Assembly: GCA_934120675.1 (NCBI GenBank)
Contig: CAKOUU010000006.1
Span: forward strand, 23,408 to 87,407
DNA length: 64,000 nucleotides
Direction: 5' to 3'
Origin: an uncultured Clostridia bacterium
Lineage (GTDB): Bacteria > Bacillota > Clostridia > TANB77 > CAG-508
Within the stretch, counting starts at the first letter, position 1. Each line of letters begins with the position of its first letter. Under the pieces are notes generated by a model that searched no databases, was not told the DNA's origin, and saw nothing but the letters and a program-made list of their open reading frames with translations. Position numbers and translations under genes: made by a program. This document shows, piece after piece, positions 1-9,631 of this stretch.

Positions 1-240
1 GAATCTTTTATCTTTTATTAGGGCTTGTCTTAGTTTGCATTTTTTTTCTACAACATCTACTATGTCATATACTATTCTGTTTTCTAGTCCCATTACAACG
101 TCTAAGTTTCTTAGTCCTATGTCTGTATCTATTAAACATACTTTTTTTCCTTCTACTGCTAGGCTTGAGCCTAAATTTGCTGTTGTTGTTGTTTTTCCTA
201 CTCCACCTTTTCCTGATGTTATAACTATTACTTCTCCCAT
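1..240 (-). CDS. minD: Septum site-determining ATPase MinD, N-terminal part (gene runs off the left window edge)
   Basis: Reverse translation from the ATG at 240-238 gives [59 protein letters not shown]. This has the deviant Walker A KGGVGKT and an N-terminus typical of MinD. It is missing from the ORF track because the window edge truncates it. Confidence 0.85.
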   Translation of the reverse strand, partial: MGEVIVITSGKGGVGKTTTTANLGSSLAVEGKKVCLIDTDIGLRNLDVVMGLENRIVYDIVDVVEKKCKLRQALIKDKRF

Positions 241-412
241 ATCTTTCCTCCTTAGGATTTTAAAAACACTCATTTTTTTATGTATATATAATACAACGAT
301 TTTCTTAAAAAGTCAATGTATTTGTGGACTTTTAATAATTATTTATTGTTGATATCAAGCAGAAAAACATACTCTATAATTTTAAATAAAGTATGTTTTT
401 TTACTATTATTT

Positions 413-2104
413 TTAAAATAATGTTACTCTAAAAGAGATATTTATATTTTTATTTGTTTTTTCAGTACTTGATCTATATGACATTGCATATGTGTTTTCA
501 GGATTTACTATATTTCCGCCTCTATAAACACTATAACTATTAGAGTCGCCAGCACATTCTAATGTCCATTCTAATTCGTTTCCTGCAAAATCATATATAT
601 TCAATATTTTTGATTTTTCTGATATTCCTGTTGCTTGAAGTTGTTTATAGTTTCCATAGCTTGTACTGTCTGTGGCTATGTCTTCATATTTCAATCCAGC
701 ATTTTTTTCTATGAACTTGCATACCAAGTCCCATTGAATTCCGTACATTAAACTTCCGGTTTTTTCTGATACTGCTAGATTATTTGATATTTCTTGTGCT
801 TGTTCTACCGTAATATAATTATATGGTTTTTGTTCTGCTTGAATAACTGCTTTATTAGTTGTTCCAGTTTCTGTTGTTCTATTCATATTATTTTTGGTTG
901 CAACACTATCTCCTACTTCATATCTTCCTATCCAAAAACCATAATTAGAATATATACTTGATAGCATCTGGTTATATTTTTCTGTGTATGTGTCTGCATC
1001 TTTTATTCCGCATCCATCATACCACTTATCTTCCCATTCTACTTCTTGTGTACTTCCGCCTTTTCTATAGTCTTTTGCATATTCTATTAAATCTGCTTTT
1101 ATATTGTCATAGTCTGTATCTGCTCTGGCTGTTTTAAATATTTTTTCGGGTACTGAAATCCACACCCATTCATTATCATTTTGGTCTTTTATTACAAGCC
1201 CTTGGCTTACAATATTCATTGTTGGTGCTAAACTTATTTTACAGTCTTTTGGTATTGTTATTGTGTCACCTTTTGAGTCTGTATATTGTGTGTCTTTTGT
1301 ATATGTTTCTGACCATTTTGCTTCGTCAATTTTGACATATTGTACTTTTCCCTCTGAGTTTTTAAAATATCCTTTATATGTGTTTACACTTTTTATAAAT
1401 TCATCTTCTTTTTGGTTCTCTTCCAGTGTTACACTTGATGGCTTTTGTTCTATTTCTGAAATTTGTTTTGTCCATATATATTGATTTGTTCTTGTTGTGT
1501 TAACTTCATCTTCCTTATTGTTTGATATTACTAAGCTTTCGTCTTTTGTTGTTCCTATATAATAGTAATTTTCTGGTATTAATATTCCATCAATATATCT
1601 TAAATCCACTGTTGTTTCGTCTGGTTCTGTATAGTCTGTGTAATAGGTTTTTGTTGTATTGTTTTGTGTTATTTTTATTCCTTGTACATAAAAGATATTT
1701 TGGCTGTTTTCGTTTATTATATATACATCTGTATATGTATCTGCATTTTGTTCGTCATTTTTTATTTTTTCATAGTCCTTACCATAATTTAAAGTTATTC
1801 CTTTCATCGCTTCTAGGTCTATTACATAAAAGTCTCCTGTATCATTTTTTGAACTTAATACACTTGATAATTCATCTTTATTTGTGTATTTTACTTTTGC
1901 TGGTATTTTTCCATATTCATTGTAATATTCTGATACTTTCTCTCTTAAAAGTTCTACATCATTGTACAAATTTGTTAATGCTTTTATGTGTACACTATCT
2001 GTGGCGTTATATACTAACATGCTTGTTAATATTAGCAAAATTATTACTGTTATTACTAGTGCTACCATTGTAACACCTTTTTCTTTTTTTATCATATTTT
2101 TCAT
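413..2104 (-). CDS. Membrane-anchored protein with a pilin-like N-terminal hydrophobic segment and a C-terminal FGE/SUMF1-like domain
   Basis: The N-terminus KGVTMVALVITVIILLIL resembles a prepilin leader but lacks Glu+5. The C-terminus has FWIGRYEV, YGIQWDLVCKF, GNELEWTLE and YRGGN, which are like formylglycine-generating-enzyme-type domains. SD aggaga lies upstream. Confidence 0.5.
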   Translation of the reverse strand: MKNMIKKEKGVTMVALVITVIILLILTSMLVYNATDSVHIKALTNLYNDVELLREKVSEYYNEYGKIPAKVKYTNKDELSSVLSSKNDTGDFYVIDLEAMKGITLNYGKDYEKIKNDEQNADTYTDVYIINENSQNIFYVQGIKITQNNTTKTYYTDYTEPDETTVDLRYIDGILIPENYYYIGTTKDESLVISNNKEDEVNTTRTNQYIWTKQISEIEQKPSSVTLEENQKEDEFIKSVNTYKGYFKNSEGKVQYVKIDEAKWSETYTKDTQYTDSKGDTITIPKDCKISLAPTMNIVSQGLVIKDQNDNEWVWISVPEKIFKTARADTDYDNIKADLIEYAKDYRKGGSTQEVEWEDKWYDGCGIKDADTYTEKYNQMLSSIYSNYGFWIGRYEVGDSVATKNNMNRTTETGTTNKAVIQAEQKPYNYITVEQAQEISNNLAVSEKTGSLMYGIQWDLVCKFIEKNAGLKYEDIATDSTSYGNYKQLQATGISEKSKILNIYDFAGNELEWTLECAGDSNSYSVYRGGNIVNPENTYAMSYRSSTEKTNKNINISFRVTLF

Positions 2105-2188
2105 CTTTAGATTCTCCTACTTTTTCTTGTTACTATTAATATTTATAAAAACTTTAAACAGTAACATTTTCTTTAGTATAGTTTACTA

Positions 2189-2845
2189 TTAAATTGTGTT
2201 ATTTTCAAGTAGTTTTTTGTAAATCTCTTGTCTCTTATTATATTTTGTATCTTCTTTTATTATTAAGTACCATAAATATATGTCTATTAATATTATTGCT
2301 ATATTGTGTATATATAACACTGCTATGCTTGATATTATTGTAATTGTTGCTACTGCTATTTTTGATATGATATTTGTGTATTTCTCTGCTTTTCTTTTTC
2401 CGAAGATTATGTATAAAATTCCATTTAAGACTCTTCCACCATCTAATGGGTAAATTGGCAATAAATTAAATATCATTATTAAAAAGTTTGTGTAAATTAT
2501 TATAAGACTTCTGAATATATCTATTTTTAAATTTCCTGCTATTAATATTATTAAAAAGTTTGTAAATGGTCCTGCTAAAGCTACTATGATTTTTTTAATT
2601 TCTAGCTTGTTCGCTTTTTTTATTTTTAGATTGTATTCTTTTGGATTTATTTTAAATGATATTGATACTCCAAATGGCATTATTTCTATTTTTTCTGGTT
2701 TCATTCCAACTATTAGTCCTGCAATAAGATGTCCTAGCTCGTGTATAAATGCAAATATCATTATGTATGCATATACTTCGATTTGTTTTGTTAGCCAAAA
2801 TAATATTATAAAGATAAATATTTTTAAATCAATTCTGAATCGCAT
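2189..2845 (-). CDS. Site-2 protease family (M50) intramembrane metalloprotease, SpoIVFB-like
   Basis: It has the HELGH zinc motif in a TM helix (FIHELGHLIAG) and the LLPIYPLDGGRVL motif, with multiple TM segments. Confidence 0.8.
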   Translation of the reverse strand: MRFRIDLKIFIFIILFWLTKQIEVYAYIMIFAFIHELGHLIAGLIVGMKPEKIEIMPFGVSISFKINPKEYNLKIKKANKLEIKKIIVALAGPFTNFLIILIAGNLKIDIFRSLIIIYTNFLIMIFNLLPIYPLDGGRVLNGILYIIFGKRKAEKYTNIISKIAVATITIISSIAVLYIHNIAIILIDIYLWYLIIKEDTKYNKRQEIYKKLLENNTI

Positions 2846-2944
2846 ATTCTTTTTCCTTATTTTTATTTAGGTTTTATGCACTCCTATAAACTTACTTTTT
2901 ATGTACGCTTTGAAATTTTCTTTGTAAATTTTATTATAAAAGTT

Positions 2945-3847
2945 TTATAGTTCTAATATTTTTTGTGGGTCTACTGTTCTCTCTGATATTCTGATTTCAA
3001 AATGTAAATGTGGTCCTGTTGAATTCCCTGTTGACCCTACTTCTGCAATTTCTTGCCCTTGACTAATTGTGTCTCCTTGTTTTACATATAAGTTGTTGCA
3101 ATGGGCGTATATTATACTGACTTCTCCAATTTGTATTTTTAAATGTTTTCCATAATCTCCTTCTTCTGAGGCTAGTACTACTTCTCCCCCTGTTGATGCT
3201 ACTATTTTTGTTCCCATATTTGCAGCAATATCTACACCTGTATGATTTTTTGGTACTGTGCTTGTTGTTGGCTCTCTTTGTCCAAATTGTGAGCTTATTG
3301 TTCCCTCTACTGGTTTTATAAATGTGGTCGTTGCCTTTATGTTTGCTATGTCTTGTTCTTCTTGTGATAATGTTTGTGTTTGCTCTTCATTTGCTTTACT
3401 CTCATCTGCTGCTGTATCTTCTATGTTCTCCGTATTTTCTGTACTTGTTTCCTCAGTTTTGTTTTCTTCTAATTCATTTTCATTGGCTCCTCCTATTGCT
3501 CCATCATTTGTTTGTTTATCTTTTATTTTTTGTATATTGCTTTCTATGTTTTGCTTTATGTTTTCATACATTTGCCCAAAGTTTATATCATATGATAAAA
3601 GTTCATTTGCTTTTTTTAAAAATTCTTCGGAGAATATGTAATTGTTGTTTTGAATTACATATATTATTAAATATATTACTAGACTTATTGCTATTTGTAT
3701 TATCATTTTTTTTAATAGTTTTACATCTTTTTTGTTGTTATTGTTTATCGGTACTGTTGTTGTTCTTCTTTGTGTTCCTGCTTGTCTTCTTGCATATATT
3801 TCTTCTGCTCTTTTTATTTTATCTTCCACAGACATTGTTCTCTCCAT
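2945..3847 (-). CDS. M23 family metallopeptidase (LytM-type), membrane anchored
   Basis: The C-terminal motifs HTGVDIAA and GSTGNSTGPHLHFEIR are present, with one TM segment and an acidic linker. It sits directly upstream of the M50 protease, as in spoIVFA/FB-type pairs. Confidence 0.85.
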   Translation of the reverse strand: MERTMSVEDKIKRAEEIYARRQAGTQRRTTTVPINNNNKKDVKLLKKMIIQIAISLVIYLIIYVIQNNNYIFSEEFLKKANELLSYDINFGQMYENIKQNIESNIQKIKDKQTNDGAIGGANENELEENKTEETSTENTENIEDTAADESKANEEQTQTLSQEEQDIANIKATTTFIKPVEGTISSQFGQREPTTSTVPKNHTGVDIAANMGTKIVASTGGEVVLASEEGDYGKHLKIQIGEVSIIYAHCNNLYVKQGDTISQGQEIAEVGSTGNSTGPHLHFEIRISERTVDPQKILEL

Positions 3848-4023
3848 ATTTTTTCTTCCTTCCTTGTATTTCGCTTTTTAAAAATCTGAAAGTCTTAAAT
3901 TTTTTTTGTTTATGTTTATTACGATTTTATTTTCTTGTTAAATATATGTAATGAATTTTAGGTTTATGATTTCAAAAAAATAAGCTAGTAGATTTATCTA
4001 CTAACTTATGATTCTTTAATTAT

Positions 4024-4362
4024 CTAAAATATTATAATTATCGCTTGAATAATGCATAACACTGTTGTTGCTATTGCATATTTTTTTAATTTTTCATATC
4101 TATTTTTTTGTTTTTGTGACACATTATCTTTTTTTATATCTTTTATTTCAACCTTTGAAATATAACTATTTACAAGCATTTCCGCTTCTTTTAATATATA
4201 GTCTTTATCTTTCTTTTCTTCTTTATCTAATTGATTATTTTTCTCTATTTTCTGAAGTTTTTTTGCCTTCTTGTTTGTTTTTAATACTATTATGGCTTCG
4301 TCAACAATATTTGATGGTAAGTTTTTTAATACTACCATATTTTTTAAATTACTAGCTTCCAT
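4024..4362 (-). CDS. Hypothetical Lys-rich protein with a C-terminal TM anchor
   Basis: The ORF has normal coding composition, but I recognise no family. Confidence 0.4.
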   Translation of the reverse strand: MEASNLKNMVVLKNLPSNIVDEAIIVLKTNKKAKKLQKIEKNNQLDKEEKKDKDYILKEAEMLVNSYISKVEIKDIKKDNVSQKQKNRYEKLKKYAIATTVLCIIQAIIIIF

Positions 4363-4422
4363 TGTATCCTCCTTGAAATATGTATTTGTTATATTATTTC
4401 CATATTTTTTGAGGTTATACTT

Positions 4423-5154
4423 TTACATTTCTTTATTTTTTACAGATTTTAATACATCTTCTGTTACTTTGTTTTTGTCAAATTTATTAACTATGTATAT
4501 TACTATAAATGTTATTATAAATGTTATCACATATGCCAACACACTTATTTTCCATTGTCCTTTTAATAAATTGTCTCCTGCTATTGTTGATGATATTATT
4601 GATGGAAATCTTAACAATGTTGATAGTGCTAGAAATCTTGACGTTTTTATTGGTAATAGTCCTCCTATATAAACTAATAGGTCTTTGGGTGTTCCTGGTA
4701 TTAAGAATAGCAAGGCCATTACTGTTTCTATTTTTTTTGGGTCTTTAAATAGTTTGCTGTTTTCTAATTTATTTACTTTTTCTTTTGGAAAGAATTCGTA
4801 TATAAAGTCTCTTCCATATTTTTTTACAAAGAAATATATCATTGCTGTTACAATAAAAACTGATATGATTAAAAATATTGTTCCCCATATTGGTCCAAAA
4901 CATATTCCTGCAAGTAGTTCTACTGGTTCTCCTGGCAAAACTGCTAGTACAACTTGTGCAAGTTCTAGTCCAAATAGTATGAGTATTCCTGTTATTCCCG
5001 AATTTGTTATTTTTTCTTTGAATTCTGCTTGGCCTTCTGGTGTGTTTATTTGTTTCATTATTGGTACCATATATATTGTTGCTGTAATTAGTATTACTAT
5101 TGTTATTATTAGTGCTATTAATTTTATTGTTTTTGCTTTGTTTATTTTCTTCAT
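4423..5154 (-). CDS. TVP38/TMEM64 (DedA-related, SNARE-associated) family membrane protein
   Basis: It is multi-TM and carries the signature LPGEPVELLAG. Confidence 0.75.
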   Translation of the reverse strand: MKKINKAKTIKLIALIITIVILITATIYMVPIMKQINTPEGQAEFKEKITNSGITGILILFGLELAQVVLAVLPGEPVELLAGICFGPIWGTIFLIISVFIVTAMIYFFVKKYGRDFIYEFFPKEKVNKLENSKLFKDPKKIETVMALLFLIPGTPKDLLVYIGGLLPIKTSRFLALSTLLRFPSIISSTIAGDNLLKGQWKISVLAYVITFIITFIVIYIVNKFDKNKVTEDVLKSVKNKEM

Positions 5155-5358
5155 TTATTTGCCTTCTTTCAGTTTAGTTATATTTATGTTATTTTATATC
5201 ATTTTTTTGTGAAGTTCAAGTGTACTTTTTATGGTGCAACTATGTATATTATAGTTACATTTGTTTTTTGTCATTTTTTGTCGTTTTTTAATTGACACTT
5301 TTTTTAATTGGTGATAAAATTTTCATAACCAAAAAAATCAAAAAGAGAGGTAATAAGT

Positions 5359-5886
5359 ATGGAAAAAGTAAGTACAATTTCTATCCAAAACATCAGCAAT
5401 GATGAAAGATCATCATTGCATAACTTAATTGAACGGATCAGTCAGGAATTAGAATTGTTCCACCAGAGTGTGGAGCTTGCAAAGAATTCTACTTATAAAG
5501 ATGAAAAAGTAAAATTCTTTGCAGAGGAGCTGTTGAATAAGTATAGTAGCTCAGCTATCCAAATTCTTAATGATTCTTCATTATCAATGGAACGATCACT
5601 TTGGATTTATGCAGACAAGCTCATTGATTTGTCAAAATATGAGGAAGAATTGTCAGCATATTCCATAACGAGTTCAGTTGCGGAATTTGAGGTTGTCAAA
5701 AAAAATTATGCAGTTATAATTCGGAATGCAGTTATTGACTTTGTGGCAGAAGCTTTTAGTCTCATTAATAAAGCAATGAGAAGCTACGAATTCTATTTAA
5801 AAGATATTCTTGTTCGGAATTTTAATTGGAATTCTAAAAATGGAACTTTTTCAGTTCAATTAGAACTGTTAATTGATGTTATGTAG
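5359..5886 (+). CDS. Hypothetical protein with atypical composition
   Basis: SD agagagg precedes the ATG. GC content and codon choice are visibly higher/different than in the neighbours. No recognisable domain. Confidence 0.5.
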   Translation: MEKVSTISIQNISNDERSSLHNLIERISQELELFHQSVELAKNSTYKDEKVKFFAEELLNKYSSSAIQILNDSSLSMERSLWIYADKLIDLSKYEEELSAYSITSSVAEFEVVKKNYAVIIRNAVIDFVAEAFSLINKAMRSYEFYLKDILVRNFNWNSKNGTFSVQLELLIDVM

Positions 5887-5890
5887 AAAA

Positions 5891-5913
5891 AATGACTCCC
5901 AAGAGGAGTCATT
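5891..5913. terminator. Bidirectional intrinsic terminator between convergent genes
   Basis: The 9-bp stem is aatgactcc / ggagtcatt with a 5-nt loop, an A-run before and a T-run after. Confidence 0.6.
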
Positions 5914-5943
5914 TTTTGTTTTTAATATATTAATATCAGCCAA

Positions 5944-6273
5944 TTAGGTTCTTTCACTTTCTTTTTCTTCTTCTCTTTCTAAAAATATTCTTTTATCGAA
6001 GCTTCCTCTTTTTTCTACTTTGTCTATTCTTATTTTTTCGAAGTCTTCTAAAGAAATATTTTTTGATTTTACTATGCTGTAAATCACTTCTACAATATCT
6101 GCTAATTCTTCTGTTTCTTGACTTTCTAGATATTCTTTTACTTCTTCTACTAATTTTTTATTTAATTCCATTTGGTATTCTTTGTCATTTAATGTTCTAC
6201 AAATTGGTACCAAATTGTCTTTTTCTATTATTTCTGGTATTTTGTCTCTTACAAGTTTTTTGTATGTTTTCAT
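5944..6273 (-). CDS. MazG-superfamily / phosphoribosyl-ATP-pyrophosphohydrolase-like NTP pyrophosphatase
   Basis: It has MKTYKKLVRDKIPEII, EELADIVEVIY and FEKIRIDKVEKRG. By eye it is about 65% identical to the product of 50598..50906. Confidence 0.7.
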   Translation of the reverse strand: MKTYKKLVRDKIPEIIEKDNLVPICRTLNDKEYQMELNKKLVEEVKEYLESQETEELADIVEVIYSIVKSKNISLEDFEKIRIDKVEKRGSFDKRIFLEREEEKESERT

Positions 6274-6367
6274 TTTTTCTCCTTTTAAATAGGTATTTTT
6301 TATTTAATATAAAGCCTAATATAAAACAAGAAAATATCGATATTTCAATATTTTCTCGTTTTTCTTT

Positions 6368-6441
6368 TGGAGGCGCCTATCGGAGTCGGACCGATCATCA
6401 GAGTTTTGCAGACTCGTGCCTTACCGCTTGGCTAAGGCGCC
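6368..6441 (-). tRNA. tRNA-Cys (GCA), CCA encoded
   Basis: The minus-strand sequence GGCGCCTTAGCCAAGCGGTAAGGCACGAGTCTGCAAAACTCTGATGATCGGTCCGACTCCGATAGGCGCCTCCA folds as a cloverleaf with anticodon loop CTGCAAA. The T-loop is the unusual TCCGACT, and there is a C-T mismatch at the top of the anticodon stem. Confidence 0.8.
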
Positions 6442-6473
6442 ATATTTAATTTTATGCTTTTTATAAAAATATT

Positions 6474-6547
6474 TGGAGCAGGTAACGGGAATCGGACCCG
6501 TAACTTAACCTTGGCAAGGTTATGTTTTACCACTAAACTATACCTGC
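6474..6547 (-). tRNA. tRNA-Gly (GCC), CCA encoded
   Basis: The minus-strand sequence GCAGGTATAGTTTAGTGGTAAAACATAACCTTGCCAAGGTTAAGTTACGGGTCCGATTCCCGTTACCTGCTCCA forms a clean cloverleaf with anticodon loop TTGCCAA and T-loop TCCGATT. Confidence 0.9.
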
Positions 6548-6679
6548 GTCTTGCTTGTTGCTATATTTAATTATATTCAAAAGCAATTAATATGATACCA
6601 AATATTCTAAATATTGTCAATAGCTTTTAAAAATAAAATTCCGTAAAACAGTTCAATACGTTGCGGTTCAAAATTTTAC

Positions 6680-6706
6680 GGGATTGAAGGTACGTCCCCA
6701 AATCCC
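6680..6706. repeat. GC-rich hairpin unit (GGGATT..GGGGACG..AATCCC) just downstream of the topA stop
   Basis: On the minus strand it reads CGGGATTTGGGGACGTACCTTCAATCCCG followed by TAAAATTTT. It probably serves as the topA terminator and belongs to the same motif family as 8918..8982 and 10425..10497. Confidence 0.55.
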
Positions 6707-6712
6707 GTTTTT

Positions 6713-8810
6713 TTACTTTTTAGCTTTTGCTTTTTTTGCAGTTGTTTTTCTTTTTGTTGTAGTCTTTTTAGTTGCTCTTGTTTTCTTTTCTGTTTCTTTT
6801 TTTACCTCTTCAGCTTCTTCAGGATTCCATTTTTCACCTGGCTTTGGTTTGTTCCAAGAAATATAATCACATGATGCTGGGTTATTTTCGCAAATATAGT
6901 AATTTCTCTTTCTTTTTGTCTTTCTGACTTGAACTGTTGCTCCACATTTTGGGCATGGAACATCAATTGTTTCTATTATTGGTTTTACATTTCTACATTC
7001 TGGGAATCCAGGACATGCTAAGAATTTGCCATATCTTCCATATTTATAAACCATCATTCTTCCACATTTATCACATTGTACATCTGATACTTCATCAACT
7101 AATTGTACATGCTCAAGTTCTTTTTCTGCCTTTTCAAGCTCTTGCTCAAATGGTCCATAGAATTCCCTAATTATTTTTTTCCATTTTTCTTTTCCTTCTG
7201 CAATCTCATCAAATTCATTTTCAATTTTTGCTGTAAATTCCACATTTACAATATCTGCAAAGTTTTCTGTAAGTAGTTTGTTTACTATTTTTCCAAGTTC
7301 TGTTGGTACTAGTTGTCTTTGCTCTTTTTCTATATATCTTCTTTCCAAAATTGTTGTAATTGTTGGTGAATATGTACTTGGTCTTCCTATTCCTTTTTCT
7401 TCTAATGCTTTTACTAAACTTGCTTCTGTATATCTTGCAGGTGGTTCTGTAAAGCTTTGTTTTGGATTTATTTTGATTAATTTTACTTCTTGATTTTCGT
7501 CTAAAGCTGGCAACATTCCTTCTTCTTGTTCTTCTTTTTCGTCTGTTCCTTCAACATATAAAATCATAAATCCTTTGAATTTTAAGTTTTGTCCATTTGC
7601 TTTAAAGTCATAGTCATTTGCTTTGATATTTACTGCCATTGTGTCATAAACTGCTGGTTTCATTTGACTTGCCATAAATCTATTATAAATTAATTTATAT
7701 AATTTATATTGGTCTTTACTTAAGTCGCTTTTTATGTCGTCTGGCTCAATGTCCGAATATGTTGGTCTTATACCTTCGTGAGCATCTTGTGCATCTTTGC
7801 TTGTTTTATAATATCTATTTTCATAGAATTCTTCACCATATGTTGATACTATATGTGTTTTCGCTGCGGCTCTGGCTTCTTCTGAGATTCTTGTAGAGTC
7901 TGTTCTCATATATGTGATTAGACCTACAGTTCCTCTGTCTGCTATTTTTACACCTTCATATAATGTTTGTGCGACAGACATCGTTTTCTTTAATGTGAAT
8001 CCTAATTTTCTTGAAGCCTCTTGTTGCATTGTACTTGTTGTAAATGGTGGTGCTGGATTTCTCTTTTTCTCACCTTTTTTGATTTCTGATACTATGTATT
8101 TTGCTTTTTCTATGTCTTTTAAGATTTGGTCAACTTGTTCTTTTGAGTTGATTTCTTGTTTTTTTCCGTTTTTTTCCATAGAATCTTGCTTCAAATTCTT
8201 TTTTAGATTTCTCGTCTTTTAAGTTTGCATATATGTTCCAATATTCTTGTGGAATAAAGTTTTCGATTTCTGTTTCTCTGTCTACAATTAACTTTACTGC
8301 AACAGATTGAACTCTACCTGCTGATAGTCCTCTTTTTACTTTTTTCCATAATAATGGACTTATTTTATATCCAACTATTCTGTCTAAAACTCTTCTTGCT
8401 TGTTGTGCATCAACAGTATTTAAGTCGATATCTCTTGGTTCTTTTATTGCTTTTTGTACTGCTGATTTTGTAATTTCATTAAAAGTGACTCTTGTTATTT
8501 TGTCTTTGTCATCTTCTAATATTTTTGCTAGGTGCCATGCTATTGCTTCACCCTCACGGTCGGGGTCAGTTGCTAAATAAACTTTTTTTGCCTTTTTAGC
8601 GTCTGTTTTTAAAGATTTTATTAAATCTCCCTTTCCTCTGATATTTATATATTCAGGTTCAAAATCGTGTTCAATGTCTACACCTAATTTTGATTTTGGT
8701 AAATCTCTTATATGTCCCATTGAGGCTACAACTTTTGTACTGCCTCCTAAAAATTTTTTTATTGTGTTTGCCTTTGCTGGTGATTCTACTATTATTAATT
8801 TATCTGCCAT
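6713..8810 (-). CDS. topA: DNA topoisomerase I, reading frame broken by one extra base in a homopolymer
   Basis: The true start is [14 protein letters not shown] at 8810 with SD aggagga. It has a Toprim/Topo IA core and C-terminal Zn-ribbons ([16 protein letters not shown]) plus a Lys-rich tail. Track ORFs 8130..8960 and 6713..8194 are the two halves. Removing one A from the A7 run (plus-strand T run 8169-8175) restores ...[25 protein letters not shown]. Confidence 0.85.
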
Positions 8811-8844
8811 ATTTCCTCCTATGTTTTTCTTATACTCTTTTAGT

Positions 8845-8873
8845 ATTCTAGAACATTTTTTCATATTTTGCAA
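8845..8873 (-). promoter_or_regulatory. Candidate sigma-A promoter of topA
   Basis: On the minus strand: TTGCAA, 17 nt, TAGAAT, about 35 nt upstream of the topA start. Confidence 0.45.
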
Positions 8874-8917
8874 GTTTTTTCTAATAAATATGAAAAATTC
8901 CTCATTTGAATCCGATG

Positions 8918-8982
8918 AACCAGTGGGGACGTTCTTAGATTGGTTCAAAATTTCAACCAATCTAAGAACGTCCCCACTGGTT
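8918..8982. repeat. Perfect 28-bp inverted repeat with a 9-nt loop
   Basis: The arm aaccagtggggacgttcttagattggtt (8918-8945) is the exact reverse complement of 8955-8982. It lies between the stop of 8986..9303 and the topA promoter and contains the GGGGACG core. Confidence 0.9.
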
Positions 8983-8985
8983 GAA

Positions 8986-9303
8986 TTAAAATTTGTTTCT
9001 GAACAAGTCTACTATGACTTCTTCAGAATTAATTGGAGTTACTTGATTTGTTTTAAAAATATTTAAAATTTGATTTGCTTCTATTTCATCATTTGTAACA
9101 TATTTTATTTGTTTATTTTCTACTTTTGTATATTCTGGTTTATATTCTGTTTTTATTATTTCTATTCCATATTTTGGTTTCTGATAAGTGCTTATTTGAT
9201 CTTCATTTATTTGTTTATAGTATTCTAACTTTATTGGATATTTTATTCCTGCTTCCTCAAGTCTCTCTTTTTCGATAAATACGCTGCCAAAAAATGTTTT
9301 CAA
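8986..9303 (-). CDS. Hypothetical small protein (TTG start)
   Basis: The ORF starts at TTG, preceded by aaggggga 8 nt upstream. I recognise no family. Confidence 0.45.
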   Translation of the reverse strand: MKTFFGSVFIEKERLEEAGIKYPIKLEYYKQINEDQISTYQKPKYGIEIIKTEYKPEYTKVENKQIKYVTNDEIEANQILNIFKTNQVTPINSEEVIVDLFRNKF

Positions 9304-9600
9304 AAAAATCCCCCTTTTCTTTTGTTTTGTGACCTTTTTATATTACTACTAATTTCAGTGGTTTGCAAGGATTTTTCATCGCAATTTTTGACATAAAAAC
9401 AGCTGCTTATTCATATTTTTGTTTTTTTCTTTTTTCTTCGACTTTTACTATTTAAAACAATTTTATTATCTGTCAATTTTCGATGGCTTTCGACTTCTAC
9501 TTTCTGCTATAATATTTTTAAATCAATTAATAATTATATACCTTTTTGCCTTTTATTCTGTCAAATACGTTTTTATATGATTTCAAATCATTATTAAAAA

Positions 9601-9631
9601 GCAGTAATATGTTTTTATACGATATTTCTGC
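9601..9631. terminator. Intrinsic terminator downstream of the LbH-protein gene
   Basis: The stem is gcagtaatat / atatttctgc (10 bp, 1 mismatch), flanked by an A-run and a T-run. Confidence 0.5.

Noticed and set aside
8811-8960. The 50-aa N-terminal extension of track ORF 8130..8960, upstream of [14 protein letters not shown].
   Set aside because: The extension runs through the predicted topA promoter and into the 28-bp palindrome. The canonical TopA N-terminus with a strong SD starts at 8810.
9304-9600. The long non-coding leader upstream of 8986..9303, with repeated TTCGACTT motifs, as a riboswitch or T-box.
   Set aside because: I could not recognise a specifier/T-box sequence, a conserved riboswitch core or a terminator/antiterminator pair. 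Only weak promoter-like hexamers are present.
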